Counted from the stretch's first letter, positions 7,406 through 17,738 are shown. The stretch is DNA of 64,000 bases from an uncultured Fibrobacterota bacterium (GCA_963729895.1 CAVSQB010000011.1:115733-179732), one strand, 5' to 3'. Numbers and translations are program-made. Notes: generated from the letters alone by a model not told the origin.

Positions 7406-10400
7406 ATGGCGGTTTTGAGTCCCGAAGAATACAGGAAGTACATCCAGGACAATCTCGACCGGATGCTCGAGGTGTTTGCCCATATTTCCATGGGCGAATT
7501 TTCGAAGCGCATCGATATTTCGGGCCTTCCGCCGGGCGACGATTTCACCACGGTCCTCTGCGGCCTCGACATGATGATGGACGATCTTGCCGAAGCGCAG
7601 GGCGAATTGAAACGCGTGAAAACGCAGCTGGAGGAGCAGGTCTCGGAGCGGACATCCCAGCTTTCTTCGGCAAACGAGCGACTCAACCACGAAATAGAGG
7701 AACGGAAGAAGATAGAGGAAGTCCTCCGCGAGAGCCTGCAACAGTACCGGCTTCTTGCGGAATCGGCCAGCGATTTCATTTACATCTTCGACAGGGACAT
7801 GCGGATCACCTATGCCAACAAGGCGTCGCTGGAATTCCTCAAGGTAACCAAACAGGAAATTTTTGGAAAGCATGTACGGAATTTTGTGCCTTTTTCCCGG
7901 ATAGGCCTGGACAACGTGAACCTTTTTGACGCGGTCGAGTCCGGAGTCCCGCTCACCTACCAGAACCAGGTCGTTTTTCACCAGGGCGCCCTGTGGCTCG
8001 ACACGGTCCTGGTCCCGATCCGCGGCCCGGACAATCGAATAACTTCTCTGATGGGAATTTCGCGCGACATAACGGAACAAAAGAAGGCCAGTGATGTTCT
8101 GGTTGAACGCGAAAAATTTCTGTCCGATGTTTTTGCGAGCATCCAGGACGGCATCAGCGTTCTCGACAGCGACCTGCGGATCGTGCGCGTAAACGCGAAG
8201 ATGGAAGAATGGTATCAGCATGCGCTGCCCATGGCCGGCAAAAAGTGCTACGAGGTGTACCACGGCCGGTCGGAGCCGTGCCGCGCCTGTCCCAGCACGG
8301 TGGCGATTCGCACAAAGAAAGCTGCCTACGAAGTTGTTCCCCTGCACGGCAAAGACGGGGCCGTGCGCGGATGGCAGGACCTGTACGCGTTTCCGGTGTT
8401 CGACAAGGCCACCGGGGAGGTAAAGGGGGTCATCGAACACGTGCGGGACATTTCAGAACGAAGAATGGCCGAAGAAAAAGTGCGCCAGAGCGAAACCAAA
8501 TTTCGCACCCTTGCGGAGACCGCCGGCGCAGGCATTTTTATCGTGAAGGACTTCAAATTCTGTTATGTCAATTCATTTATCGAGAGAGAACTCGGCTACG
8601 CCAAGGACGAACTGTATACCATGAACTTCTGGGAAATCGTGCACCCGGATTTCCGGACAATCGTGCAGGACCGGTACAAGGCCCGAATGAGGGGCGAACC
8701 GGTGACCGGCGAGTACGAATTCAAATATGTCAAGAAAAACGGCGAAACCGGCTGGGTGACGCATAACGTGGGTCTTATAGAGTTCGAGGGAAGCCCCGCC
8801 GTTATCGGGACCCTGTTTAGAACCACGGAACGCAGGAAAATGGAGGAGTCGCTGGCCCGGGAGAAGGAACTTTTGTCGGTCACCATGCAAAGCATCGGCG
8901 ACGGCGTTATCTCCGTTGACGCGGCAGGCAACATCCTGACGATAAACAGGAATGCCATTGCGCTTGCCCGCAGGCATGCGGCCGACCCGGTGGGGAAGCC
9001 TTTCGATGAGGTGATTTGTTTTCTGGACGATCAGGCCGCGGTGCCGCCCCCGGGACGCGGCGCCGGGACGCCCGATGCGCGGGGGAGGCGCCAGGACGAG
9101 CGGCGGGTTTCGGTCCGGACCGCCCAGGGGGACGTGAAGCTCGTGGACCTGAGCGTTTCGCCCATCGCCGCCGGTACGGGAGCGGCCGCGGGCTTGGTGT
9201 TTGTGTTCAGGGACGTTACCGAAAAGCAAAAGCTGGAAACCGAGCTTTACAAGGCAAGAAAACTGGAGTCGTTGGGCGTGCTGGCAGGCGGCATCGCGCA
9301 CGACTTCAACAACATTCTCACCGGCGTGATTACCAACCTCTTTATGGCCAAGGTAAAGGCAAAGGCCGACGCGGATGCGTACCAGCTCCTTGCCGAAGCG
9401 GAAAAGGCCTGCTTCAAAGCAAGCAAACTGGTGAAACAATTGTTGACGTTTTCAAAAGGCGGCGCCCCTGTAAAGGAAGCGGTCTTCCTGAAGGAGATGA
9501 TAGAGGACGCGATCGGTTTCTGCTTGTCGGGGTCTAATGTTAATTACAAACTGCAGGTGGCGGACGACCTGCCGCCGGTGGAGGCGGACAAGGGGCAAAT
9601 AGACCAGGTACTCAACAACCTTATCATCAACGCTGACCAGGCAATGCCGCACGGAGGGACCGTGGTGGTGGCCGCGCAGGCCGCGACGGTTGACTCAGGG
9701 AAAACTCCTCCCGAGGCGCTTATCCCGGGACTTCACGATGGAAACTACGTGAAGGTTTCGGTGTCCGACGAAGGCGTGGGGATATCCAGGGAAAATCTCG
9801 AAAAGATCTTTGATCCGTATTTTACCACGAAACCCGGCGGCAACGGGCTGGGGCTCACCATTGTTTATTCCATTGTGAAAAGTCACCGGGGCGCGGTGAC
9901 CGTTGATTCCCAAACCGGAAGAGGCACGGTGTTTTCGTTCTATCTTCCGGTCGCAAAAACGCCGGCCAAACAGGAAACAAACACCGGTCCGGCCTCCACG
10001 GTTGTACGGCCGTTAAAGGTGCTGGTGATGGACGACGACGGCGCAGTGAGGACCGTGATAAGCCAGCTTCTCAAGAACTCGGGATATTCCGTTTCGTGCA
10101 CGGCGTCAGGGGAAGATACCATACGCTCCTACGGCGCAGCGCGAGACGCCGGGACCCCGTTTGACGTCGTGGTGATGGACCTCACGATTCCGGGAGGCAT
10201 GGGCGGCAAGGATGCCGTGAAGGAGCTGCTTGCCATGGACCCCAAGGCACGGGTTGTGGTTTCCAGCGGGTATTCCAGCGACCCGATCATGGCGAATTTC
10301 CGTGACTACGGGTTTTGCGGGGCAATTGCAAAGCCGTTCAACATCGATGAATTTCTGGGGGTCTTACGAAACGCATCGGAGCTTGACGGACAGGATGATT

Positions 10401-10414
10401 CGACCGTCACGTGA
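7406..10414 (+). CDS. Cytoplasmic hybrid histidine kinase (HAMP-like, 4 PAS, HisKA, HATPase, REC)
   Basis: H-box LAGGIAHDFNNIL, NLIINA, FDPYFTTK, GLGL; REC with VMDDD, VMDLTIPG, AKPF; repeated ..RDITE PAS ends. Confidence 0.93.
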   Translation: MAVLSPEEYRKYIQDNLDRMLEVFAHISMGEFSKRIDISGLPPGDDFTTVLCGLDMMMDDLAEAQGELKRVKTQLEEQVSERTSQLSSANERLNHEIEERKKIEEVLRESLQQYRLLAESASDFIYIFDRDMRITYANKASLEFLKVTKQEIFGKHVRNFVPFSRIGLDNVNLFDAVESGVPLTYQNQVVFHQGALWLDTVLVPIRGPDNRITSLMGISRDITEQKKASDVLVEREKFLSDVFASIQDGISVLDSDLRIVRVNAKMEEWYQHALPMAGKKCYEVYHGRSEPCRACPSTVAIRTKKAAYEVVPLHGKDGAVRGWQDLYAFPVFDKATGEVKGVIEHVRDISERRMAEEKVRQSETKFRTLAETAGAGIFIVKDFKFCYVNSFIERELGYAKDELYTMNFWEIVHPDFRTIVQDRYKARMRGEPVTGEYEFKYVKKNGETGWVTHNVGLIEFEGSPAVIGTLFRTTERRKMEESLAREKELLSVTMQSIGDGVISVDAAGNILTINRNAIALARRHAADPVGKPFDEVICFLDDQAAVPPPGRGAGTPDARGRRQDERRVSVRTAQGDVKLVDLSVSPIAAGTGAAAGLVFVFRDVTEKQKLETELYKARKLESLGVLAGGIAHDFNNILTGVITNLFMAKVKAKADADAYQLLAEAEKACFKASKLVKQLLTFSKGGAPVKEAVFLKEMIEDAIGFCLSGSNVNYKLQVADDLPPVEADKGQIDQVLNNLIINADQAMPHGGTVVVAAQAATVDSGKTPPEALIPGLHDGNYVKVSVSDEGVGISRENLEKIFDPYFTTKPGGNGLGLTIVYSIVKSHRGAVTVDSQTGRGTVFSFYLPVAKTPAKQETNTGPASTVVRPLKVLVMDDDGAVRTVISQLLKNSGYSVSCTASGEDTIRSYGAARDAGTPFDVVVMDLTIPGGMGGKDAVKELLAMDPKARVVVSSGYSSDPIMANFRDYGFCGAIAKPFNIDEFLGVLRNASELDGQDDSTVT

Positions 10415-10432
10415 GGGAAGGAGACGGTTAGC

Positions 10433-12364
10433 GTGAACAGTGCAAAGAAGGCCATCTGGGTGGCGGTGTCGTTTGTTGCGGCGCTCTCGTTCGGCATTGT
10501 TGCAGGCGTCGTCAATCCCGGCGAAAAAGTGAATGCGCTGTGGGTGGTTACGGCGGCCGCGTGCTTTTTTGCGATAAGCTACCGGTTCTACTCGAGTTTT
10601 ATTGCCGCGAAGGTGCTCTCGCTTGACGAACGGCGGATAACGCCGGCAGTGCGTTTGAATGACGGGCTCGATTACGATCCCACAAACAGGTGGGTCCTTT
10701 TCGGACACCATTTTGCCGCCATAGCCGGCGCGGGCCCCCTTATCGGGCCGATGCTGGCAGCGCAATTCGGGTTCCTGCCGGGGTTCCTGTGGATTCTTAT
10801 CGGCTCCGCGGTTGCGGGCGGGGTTCACGACCTGGTGCTGCTCACCGTTTCGGTACGGAGAGACGGACAGTCGCTGGCGCAGATCGCCAAGGACGAGGTG
10901 GGCCCGGTTGGAGGGTTTGCGGCGTCGGTGGCGATTCTTTTTATCATCATCGTCGCGCTCGCCGGTCTCGGACTCGCAGTTATCAACGCGCTCAAGCAGA
11001 ACCCGTGGGGAACGTTTACCATAGGACTCACGATACCCATTGCCCTTCTGATGGGAGTGTATCTGCGGTTCTTGAGGCCGGGGAAAGTGGGCGAGGTGAG
11101 CGTTGTCGGCGTGATCCTGCTCGTGCTGGCGGTGGTGGTGGGCGGAAGAGTGCCGCACTGGCCGATTGCGCACTTTTTTATGCTCACCGACAAGCAACTG
11201 GTCGTCGCGCTTGTCGCGTACGGGTTTGTCGCGTCGGTCCTCCCGGTGTGGACGCTTCTGGTCCCCCGTGACTATTTGTCAACATACATGAAGATGGGCA
11301 CCATCGGCCTGCTCGCGCTGGGAGTTATCTTCATGGCCCCCGTTCTGCAGATGCCCGCGGTGACGAAATTCGTTCACGGCGGGGGGCCCGTTATTCCCGG
11401 CAAGGTTTTCCCCTTCATGTTTATCACCATCGCGTGCGGCGCCATTTCCGGTTTCCATGCGCTTATTGCCTCGGGAACCACTCCCAAAATGATCATGTCC
11501 GAAAAAGACCTCCGCTTCATCGGATACGGTGCCATGGTTGTGGAAGGTTTTGTCTCGATAATGGCGCTGGTGGCCGCCACCATTCTCATTCCGGGCGACT
11601 ACTTTGCAATCAATACCAAGCTTCCCTTTGACCAGATTGCGGCCCTTGGGTTCCCGGTTGACCAGATAAGAAACCTTTCGGCCATGGTCGGGTTGAATGT
11701 TGTGGGCAGGCCGGGCGGCGCCGTGTCGCTTGCCGTAGGCATGACCACCATCCTCTCGCACATTCCGGGTATGCGCGGCATCATGCCGTACTGGTTCACT
11801 TTTGCTCTTATGTTCGAAGCGCTTTTCATCCTGACAACAGTCGACGCGGGCACACGCGTTGCGCGATTCCTGCTTCAAGAACTGGGCGGACATCTGTACA
11901 AGCCGCTCGCGCGGTTGCGCTGGGCGCCGGGGATGCTCGGCACGAGCGCGCTTGTGGTTGCGGCGTGGGGTTATCTTATTTATCAAGGTAGCATTTCCAC
12001 CATCTGGCCTATGTTCGGGGTGTCGAATCAGCTTCTTGCGGCAATTGCGCTGGGCGTTGGAACAACGGTAATCATCAAGTACCATAAGGTAAAGTATATG
12101 TGGGTCACGGTTGTGCCCATGGTGTTCATGTTCGTGACCACACTCACCGCAGCGTGGCAGCTCTTCTTTATGTTCCGGCAGAAGGCCATGATTGCCGCTC
12201 TCGCGGCCGACAAGTTTAACTTCAACCTCGACGCGGGCCTCGTGGCTGCCATGGCCGCTCTTGCCGTCATCGCTCTCGCCGACATGCTGTACAAATGGTC
12301 CGGGTATCTGGCCGGACGGCGCGAGGCGAAAATGTCGGAAGTAATCCAGTACGCTTCGTCCTGA
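10433..12364 (+). CDS. cstA: Carbon starvation protein A family (peptide/pyruvate) transporter
   Basis: FGHHFAAIAGAGPLIGP, LPVW.LL.PRDYLS, IACGAISGFH, GRPGGAVSLA, DAGTRVARF; SD AAGGAG before GTG. Confidence 0.95.
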   Translation: MNSAKKAIWVAVSFVAALSFGIVAGVVNPGEKVNALWVVTAAACFFAISYRFYSSFIAAKVLSLDERRITPAVRLNDGLDYDPTNRWVLFGHHFAAIAGAGPLIGPMLAAQFGFLPGFLWILIGSAVAGGVHDLVLLTVSVRRDGQSLAQIAKDEVGPVGGFAASVAILFIIIVALAGLGLAVINALKQNPWGTFTIGLTIPIALLMGVYLRFLRPGKVGEVSVVGVILLVLAVVVGGRVPHWPIAHFFMLTDKQLVVALVAYGFVASVLPVWTLLVPRDYLSTYMKMGTIGLLALGVIFMAPVLQMPAVTKFVHGGGPVIPGKVFPFMFITIACGAISGFHALIASGTTPKMIMSEKDLRFIGYGAMVVEGFVSIMALVAATILIPGDYFAINTKLPFDQIAALGFPVDQIRNLSAMVGLNVVGRPGGAVSLAVGMTTILSHIPGMRGIMPYWFTFALMFEALFILTTVDAGTRVARFLLQELGGHLYKPLARLRWAPGMLGTSALVVAAWGYLIYQGSISTIWPMFGVSNQLLAAIALGVGTTVIIKYHKVKYMWVTVVPMVFMFVTTLTAAWQLFFMFRQKAMIAALAADKFNFNLDAGLVAAMAALAVIALADMLYKWSGYLAGRREAKMSEVIQYASS

Positions 12365-12449
12365 TTTTGCTCCGGGACCTCCGGTCCGGGTTACGTCCTT
12401 TCCTCTTGCACAGGCCCCTCGTGATAAGATATTTTAAATGTCTAAAAAA

Positions 12450-12524
12450 CGGAGTGTGGCCCAGCCTGGTTAGGGCACTTGGTTCGGGACCAAGTTGTCG
12501 GAGGTTCAAATCCTCTCACTCCGA
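12450..12524 (+). tRNA. tRNA-Pro (anticodon CGG), CCA not encoded
   Basis: Cloverleaf: acceptor CGGAGTG/CACTCCG, D-stem GCCC/GGGC, anticodon arm CTTGG-TTCGGGA-CCAAG, T-arm GGAGG-TTCAAAT-CCTCT. Confidence 0.96.
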
Positions 12525-12619
12525 TTTTTTTCTTTTCCCGGTTCTTCTTCCCCTATACCACCGGGGTAGGTACGGTGCCGGATCCCGGTATCATCATAAC
12601 CAAGAATTCGCATTCTCGC

Positions 12620-13933
12620 ATGGAAAGAAAAAGGCTTCTTGCCGACGTTTCCGACAGGACCCTTGAAAACGGTCTCAAGGTTATCTGTCTCAGGAAACCC
12701 GGCGCACCTGTCATAGCCGTCCAGATGTGGTACAAGACGGGCAGCGCGCACGAGCACATCGGCATCCGGGGTATTTCACATTTCTTCGAACACATGATGT
12801 TCCGCGGCTCCAAGAACGTAGGGCCGCAGGAGCACGCCCGCCGGATCAACGACGTCGGCGGCCACTATAATGCTTTTACAGCAGAGGATGTTACCGCCTA
12901 TTTGAACAGCGTTCCCCAAGAGCACCTCGACATGGTGCTTTCGCTCGAATCCGACCGGATGAATGACCTTGTCATTAGCGAGGAAATCCTTGAGACCGAG
13001 CGGAACGTGATTGTGGAGGAATTCCAGACATACATGAATAATCCGCTCACCAAAGCGTTCTTGGAATTTCGCAAAGAATTTTTTAAGGACCATCCCTACG
13101 AGTATTCGGCCCTTGGCCGGATCGAGGATATTCGAACAATATCCGTGAACGAGTGCATGGAATATTACCGGCGGTGGTACGCCCCGAACAACGCGATCCT
13201 TGTTGTTGTGGGGGATTTTGAAGACCGTGAAGCCGTTTTTGAAAAAACGGCGCAGCATTTTGGGCGGCATCCGGCGGTGAGCGAACGCCGGACGACAGCT
13301 GTCGGACAGCCTGCTCATCGCACGCTCCGGATGAAACGCGACGTGGATTTCGATGTGCCCGTGTGCGTGGTAGGGTATCCTGCGCCTCCCGCATCCGACA
13401 AAGACGCCCTGCCGCTCGAAATTTTGCAGCTTGTGGTTTCGCAAGGCGAATCATCCAGAATGCACCGGGAAATCGTTCGTCACCAGTCAATTGCAATCAT
13501 GACCGGCGGCATGAACCAGAGCCTCAAGCGGGCCGGCATGTCCCTCTTCTTTGCAATTTTTACGCCGAACGTGCCTCAACGGCGGGTCGAGGAAGCAATT
13601 GTCAAACAAGTTGAAGCGGTGAGATTGGAAGGAATATCCAAAACGGAAATGGAAAAGGTGAAGAACACGGTCTTGACAAACAGGGTATTCGAATTGTATT
13701 CCGCAGACCACATCTGCCAGAAGCTGGCCTATTCGGAGGCCATCGAAGGAAACTATAAATGCTGGGTGGACCGGCTTGCGGCGCTGGAATCGCTCGACAT
13801 GGATGCGCTTATCGGTGCAGCCCGGCGCTATTGGGACGAGTCGGGACGTCAGATTCTGTACTTAAAACCAAAAAGGGTGAACCCGCTTTTGTTCGCCTTT
13901 GGAATCTTTAGAAAGCTGGCTCCCAAGCGTTAA
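12620..13933 (+). CDS. M16B zinc peptidase, catalytic subunit
   Basis: LENGLKV, HFFEH (HxxEH), NAFT, ERNVIVEE; ATG at 12620 chosen because the longer ORF overlaps the tRNA. Confidence 0.9.
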   Translation: MERKRLLADVSDRTLENGLKVICLRKPGAPVIAVQMWYKTGSAHEHIGIRGISHFFEHMMFRGSKNVGPQEHARRINDVGGHYNAFTAEDVTAYLNSVPQEHLDMVLSLESDRMNDLVISEEILETERNVIVEEFQTYMNNPLTKAFLEFRKEFFKDHPYEYSALGRIEDIRTISVNECMEYYRRWYAPNNAILVVVGDFEDREAVFEKTAQHFGRHPAVSERRTTAVGQPAHRTLRMKRDVDFDVPVCVVGYPAPPASDKDALPLEILQLVVSQGESSRMHREIVRHQSIAIMTGGMNQSLKRAGMSLFFAIFTPNVPQRRVEEAIVKQVEAVRLEGISKTEMEKVKNTVLTNRVFELYSADHICQKLAYSEAIEGNYKCWVDRLAALESLDMDALIGAARRYWDESGRQILYLKPKRVNPLLFAFGIFRKLAPKR

Positions 13934-13970
13934 CTGGTCGTCGCACATTCACCCATTACGGAAATCGCTT

Positions 13971-15302
13971 ATGGCCGCCAAGGGCATCTACACGTTTCCC
14001 TCCATAAGGCGGGAAACGTTGAACAACGGTCTGCATCTGATGCTCGTAGAAGACCACGAACAGGAAGGCATCACGCTCGCACTTCAGATGCCGTTCGGAG
14101 AATTCTGCGACCCTTTGTCCTTCGAAGGAACAACCGAACTTACCATCGGCGTGATGCTTAAGGGGCCGGCTTCGCTCTCGCCTGAGGAATTTTCGGAAAG
14201 GCTCGAACATGCCGGCGCAGGCCTCTTTACCGATGTGGGCGACGAGTATTGTATCATCGGCTGCAAAATGCTCGCCAGGTCCGCCGACCTTATTCTCCCG
14301 CTGTTTTGGGACGTGCTTCGCAACCCGGGGTTCAGGGCCAAAGAATTGTCGCGGCTCAAGCGAGAGACCGTTACGGGACTGAGGGCCGAACTCGCAGACC
14401 CTGCGTCAATTGCGAACCGGCATTTTGGCTCCGTGCTCTGCGGCCCCGGCCATCCGGTGGGAAGACTCCAGACGATACGATCGGTGAAGAAAATCGGGGT
14501 CCGAAACATCATGTCGTTGTACGATGCGGTTGTTTCGCCGGAAGATGCCGCCCTCGTGATTGCCGGCGATTTTGCCGCCGACGAGATGCTGGCGCGCTGG
14601 CGGGGACTTTTTGAATCGTGGGACCGCAGGCGGAGCGGCAAGGCCGCCGCAGCGGGGCCCTTGCCCGCCCTGTCCGGGAATGTACTGCGGCTTGTTGACA
14701 AGAAGGATCTTTCGCAGGTGTCGCTTATCCTGGGCCATCCGGCCTGCAGCGAACTCGATCCGATGCGCAATGAGCTCGCCCTTGCCAATTACATTCTGGG
14801 GGGCGGCAATTTTTCGTCGAGGCTGATGGCGCACATCCGGTCCACCCAGGGGAAAACCTACGGTATTTCTTCGCAGCTTTCATGCAGCAGAGACTTCGGC
14901 ATTTTCTCCATAGCAACGTCGACGCAAAACAGCCAGGCCCAGGCAATGATCGAGTCCATCCTCGAAGTATACCGCACGTTTTCGGAGAAGGGGGTGACGC
15001 AGGAGGAACTCGACAAGGCAAAACAATTCGCCACAGGCAACATGGCCTTTCAGCTGGAGGGCATCGTGAATGTCGCGGAAAAACTTTTGTGGCTCAGCCA
15101 GTTCGGACGGGATATATCGTATGTCGAGCGCTTCAACGAGCGCATATCGGCGATAACCGTCGATTCGGTGAACCTCGCCATCCGGAAGTATCTTTCGGCG
15201 CCCGGCTTTGCCATTGTCGCGGTTGGCAAGAAGGAAGAGATTGCTGCGGCGCTTGCGCGGTACGGTTCCGTGCAAACCGTCAATTTCCGGTCTTCGGTGT
15301 AA
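13971..15302 (+). CDS. M16B peptidase-like non-catalytic subunit
   Basis: LNNGLHL, LGGGNFSSRL..IR...G.TYG; no HxxEH. Confidence 0.88.
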   Translation: MAAKGIYTFPSIRRETLNNGLHLMLVEDHEQEGITLALQMPFGEFCDPLSFEGTTELTIGVMLKGPASLSPEEFSERLEHAGAGLFTDVGDEYCIIGCKMLARSADLILPLFWDVLRNPGFRAKELSRLKRETVTGLRAELADPASIANRHFGSVLCGPGHPVGRLQTIRSVKKIGVRNIMSLYDAVVSPEDAALVIAGDFAADEMLARWRGLFESWDRRRSGKAAAAGPLPALSGNVLRLVDKKDLSQVSLILGHPACSELDPMRNELALANYILGGGNFSSRLMAHIRSTQGKTYGISSQLSCSRDFGIFSIATSTQNSQAQAMIESILEVYRTFSEKGVTQEELDKAKQFATGNMAFQLEGIVNVAEKLLWLSQFGRDISYVERFNERISAITVDSVNLAIRKYLSAPGFAIVAVGKKEEIAAALARYGSVQTVNFRSSV

Positions 15303-15311
15303 CCGGGCTTT

Positions 15312-15359
15312 CGTATATTCGCGGAGCGCTATCCCGCGGATATGCGTTGCGGCTTTTTT
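15312..15359 (+). terminator. Probable terminator after the M16 pair
   Basis: CGTATATTCGCGG/CCGCGGATATGCG stem with G-U pairs; a T-tract follows a few bases later. Confidence 0.4.
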
Positions 15360-15491
15360 AACTCCCGATCTATTTTATGGTATGGTGTAATGAGAGCAGC
15401 AAACGGATGACAATTCATCGAATCGATAACGGTCGATCATCACGATTCCGACCCGATTACTACGCTCGGTTCACCGCTCAGCCGTGAAAGT

Positions 15492-15989
15492 ATGGCCACT
15501 GTTTTTCTCAGCCTTGGATCCAACGTGGGGAACAGGCGATTGAACATCGACAAAATGATCGGGCGTATAAGCCGCCTTCTGCGCTCTCCCAGAAGAATCT
15601 CCCGCCTCATGGAAACCGAACCGGTTGACGTTCCTTCGAAGCAAAGATGGTTTTACAATTGCATCGTGTCGGGAAGATACTGCGGCACGGCGCGCATGCT
15701 GCTTGCGCAATGCCATGCCATCGAAGCAGACCTGGGCCGGATACGCACACAGCGGGTTGCACCCCGGACCGCCGACATCGACATTCTCTTATTTGGAAAC
15801 CGCCGGATAGCGACAAAGAACCTGGCCGTTCCGCATCCGCAACTATTAAGAAGGCGGTTCTGTCTCGAAGGCCTGCGGGAGATAGCTCCGGCACAAAGGC
15901 TTCCCGGCACGGGACGCTCGTTTGCCCGGCACCACGGGAAAATGGCACAACGGGTAAAAGCTCAAAGGATTGTTTTTTTGTCCTGGTAA
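15492..15989 (+). CDS. folK: 2-amino-4-hydroxy-6-hydroxymethyldihydropteridine diphosphokinase
   Basis: LSLGSNVGNR, ETEP, PRTADIDILL, VPHP, RRF. Confidence 0.93.
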   Translation: MATVFLSLGSNVGNRRLNIDKMIGRISRLLRSPRRISRLMETEPVDVPSKQRWFYNCIVSGRYCGTARMLLAQCHAIEADLGRIRTQRVAPRTADIDILLFGNRRIATKNLAVPHPQLLRRRFCLEGLREIAPAQRLPGTGRSFARHHGKMAQRVKAQRIVFLSW

Positions 15990-16019
15990 GGCGCGAACGC
16001 GCAAAGGGGATTCACCATA

Positions 16020-16727
16020 ATGGCTCCTCAGGGCCCGAAACTTCCTCGGCACATCAGGTATCTTTGCGTCGAAGGCGTTCTGGGAGTGGGAAAGACCGCG
16101 CTGTGCAACCTCCTCAGCCGGCGATTAGGCGCCCGCCTTATTCTCGAAGAAGGCGAAGAAAATCCATTCCTTCCCATGTTCTACAAGAACAGGAAAGCGT
16201 ATGCGTTTCAAACGCAGCTGTGGTTCCTGCTCTCCCGTTACCGCCAGCTCTCCGAGGCGTTTACGCAGCTCGATTTGTTCCAGGAGGTGAGCGTTCTCGA
16301 TTACATGTTTGCAAAAGATAAGATATTTGCGGCGCTCAACCTCGATGATAACGAACTTCCCCTGTATAACCGGATCGCGGCGATCCTGGAAAAACAAGTC
16401 CTTGCCCCCGACTATGTCGTGTACCTTCAGGCGTCCACCGACGTGCTTCTCAAAAGAATTGCGAAACGCGGCAGGCCGTTCGAATCGTCCATCGAGAAGG
16501 ACTACCTGGAACAGCTTAACCAGGCGTACAATCACTTCTACTTTCATTACACCCAGTCTCCTCTCCTGATCATCAACACGAACGAAATCGACTTTGTGGA
16601 ATACGAGGGCGATTTCGATGAAGTGGTCAAGGAGATCTGCAAGGCTTCTCCCGGCAGCAATTTCTACCAGCCCCTCGATTCGAAGACCAGATCGTTTCTT
16701 GACAACAAGAAAAAGCGGGAGAAATAA
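16020..16727 (+). CDS. Deoxynucleoside kinase family
   Basis: EGVLGVGKT P-loop, ENPFL..FY, QLWFL, RIAKRGRPFE. Confidence 0.92.
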   Translation: MAPQGPKLPRHIRYLCVEGVLGVGKTALCNLLSRRLGARLILEEGEENPFLPMFYKNRKAYAFQTQLWFLLSRYRQLSEAFTQLDLFQEVSVLDYMFAKDKIFAALNLDDNELPLYNRIAAILEKQVLAPDYVVYLQASTDVLLKRIAKRGRPFESSIEKDYLEQLNQAYNHFYFHYTQSPLLIINTNEIDFVEYEGDFDEVVKEICKASPGSNFYQPLDSKTRSFLDNKKKREK

Positions 16728-16813
16728 CGCGAGCATCCCCGTGGAAGCAGGGCCACAGGAGCGTTCGTCCTGTCGGCCGAAGCGGTCCGGCAAAGCCGTC
16801 GCTGAGCAATTAC

Positions 16814-16845
16814 CTTTTGTTCCCCGCCGAACAAAAGTATTTTCT
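16814..16845 (+). terminator. Terminator-like hairpin in the panC leader
   Basis: CTTTTGTTC-CCCGCC-GAACAAAAG followed by TATTTTCT. Confidence 0.45.
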
Positions 16846-16880
16846 AAACGCCGCACAAACCAACCGGGCGCATGTTTCCC

Positions 16881-17738
16881 ATGAAAATAGTGACGAATCC
16901 CGCAGAAATGAAGAATCTTTCCATCACGTTCCAGAGAGCGGGGAAGACCGTCGGGCTTGTGCCTACCATGGGAGCGCTCCACAAAGGCCATGTGTCGCTT
17001 ATCAAGGCCGCGCAGCGGCATTGCGACATGGTTGTCACGAGCATCTTTGTCAACCCCATCCAATTCGGGCCTGCAGAAGACTTTTCCAAATACCCCAGGC
17101 CGTTCGAGAGCGACTGCTCTGTGGCCGAGCAAAGCGGGTGCGACGTGGTGTTCGCGCCCGCCAAAGACGATATGTATCCATCGGACCACGCCACCTACGT
17201 GCATGTGGAAAACATCACCGGCGTACTGTGCGGCGCAGCCAGGCCGGGCCATTTTACCGGCGTTGCCACCGTGGTGCTCAAGCTGTTCAATATTGTCGCC
17301 CCGCAGGCTGCGGTCTTTGGACAGAAGGACGCCCAGCAGTGCCTTGTCATCCGGCGGATGGTTCGGGATCTCAATAGTTCCGTGAAGCTCCTCTTTGCGC
17401 CAACGGTTCGGGAAGAAGACGGTCTTGCCATGAGTTCGCGCAATTCCTATCTTTCGCCGGAGGAGCGACGCGACGCGCCGCTTCTCTACGCAGGACTTTC
17501 TTCAGCGGTCGCCCTGTATGAATCGGGAGAACGCAGCGCCGCACGCCTGCGCGGGGCAGTAGAAGCGGCCTGCCGTCGCGCAACTCAGTTTTCGGTTGAA
17601 TACATCGAGATCGTCGACATGAACACGGTTTCCCCGCTGGCAACGGTCCGCTCGCCGGCCCTCGCGGCGGTCGCGGTGAGAACGAACCTGACCAAAACAA
17701 GACTTATTGACAATGTCGTACTAGGAGGTACCTTTTGA
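16881..17738 (+). CDS. panC: Pantoate-beta-alanine ligase
   Basis: VPTMGALHKGH, SIFVNPIQF, RPGHF.GV, FGQKD, GLAMSSRN, RLIDN. Confidence 0.97.
   Translation: MKIVTNPAEMKNLSITFQRAGKTVGLVPTMGALHKGHVSLIKAAQRHCDMVVTSIFVNPIQFGPAEDFSKYPRPFESDCSVAEQSGCDVVFAPAKDDMYPSDHATYVHVENITGVLCGAARPGHFTGVATVVLKLFNIVAPQAAVFGQKDAQQCLVIRRMVRDLNSSVKLLFAPTVREEDGLAMSSRNSYLSPEERRDAPLLYAGLSSAVALYESGERSAARLRGAVEAACRRATQFSVEYIEIVDMNTVSPLATVRSPALAAVAVRTNLTKTRLIDNVVLGGTF

Noticed and set aside
7220..8440. 406-aa minus-strand ORF
   Set aside because: Antisense shadow of the PAS kinase in GC-rich DNA; no motifs.
12479..12619. N-terminal extension of the M16 peptidase ORF
   Set aside because: Overlaps tRNA-Pro; M16-like sequence starts near ATG 12620.
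12450..12620. tRNA-Pro as an island integration site
   Set aside because: No integrase nearby and no duplicated tRNA 3' end seen in the window.
16125..17252. 375-aa minus-strand ORF
   Set aside because: Antisense to the well-supported dNK and panC genes.
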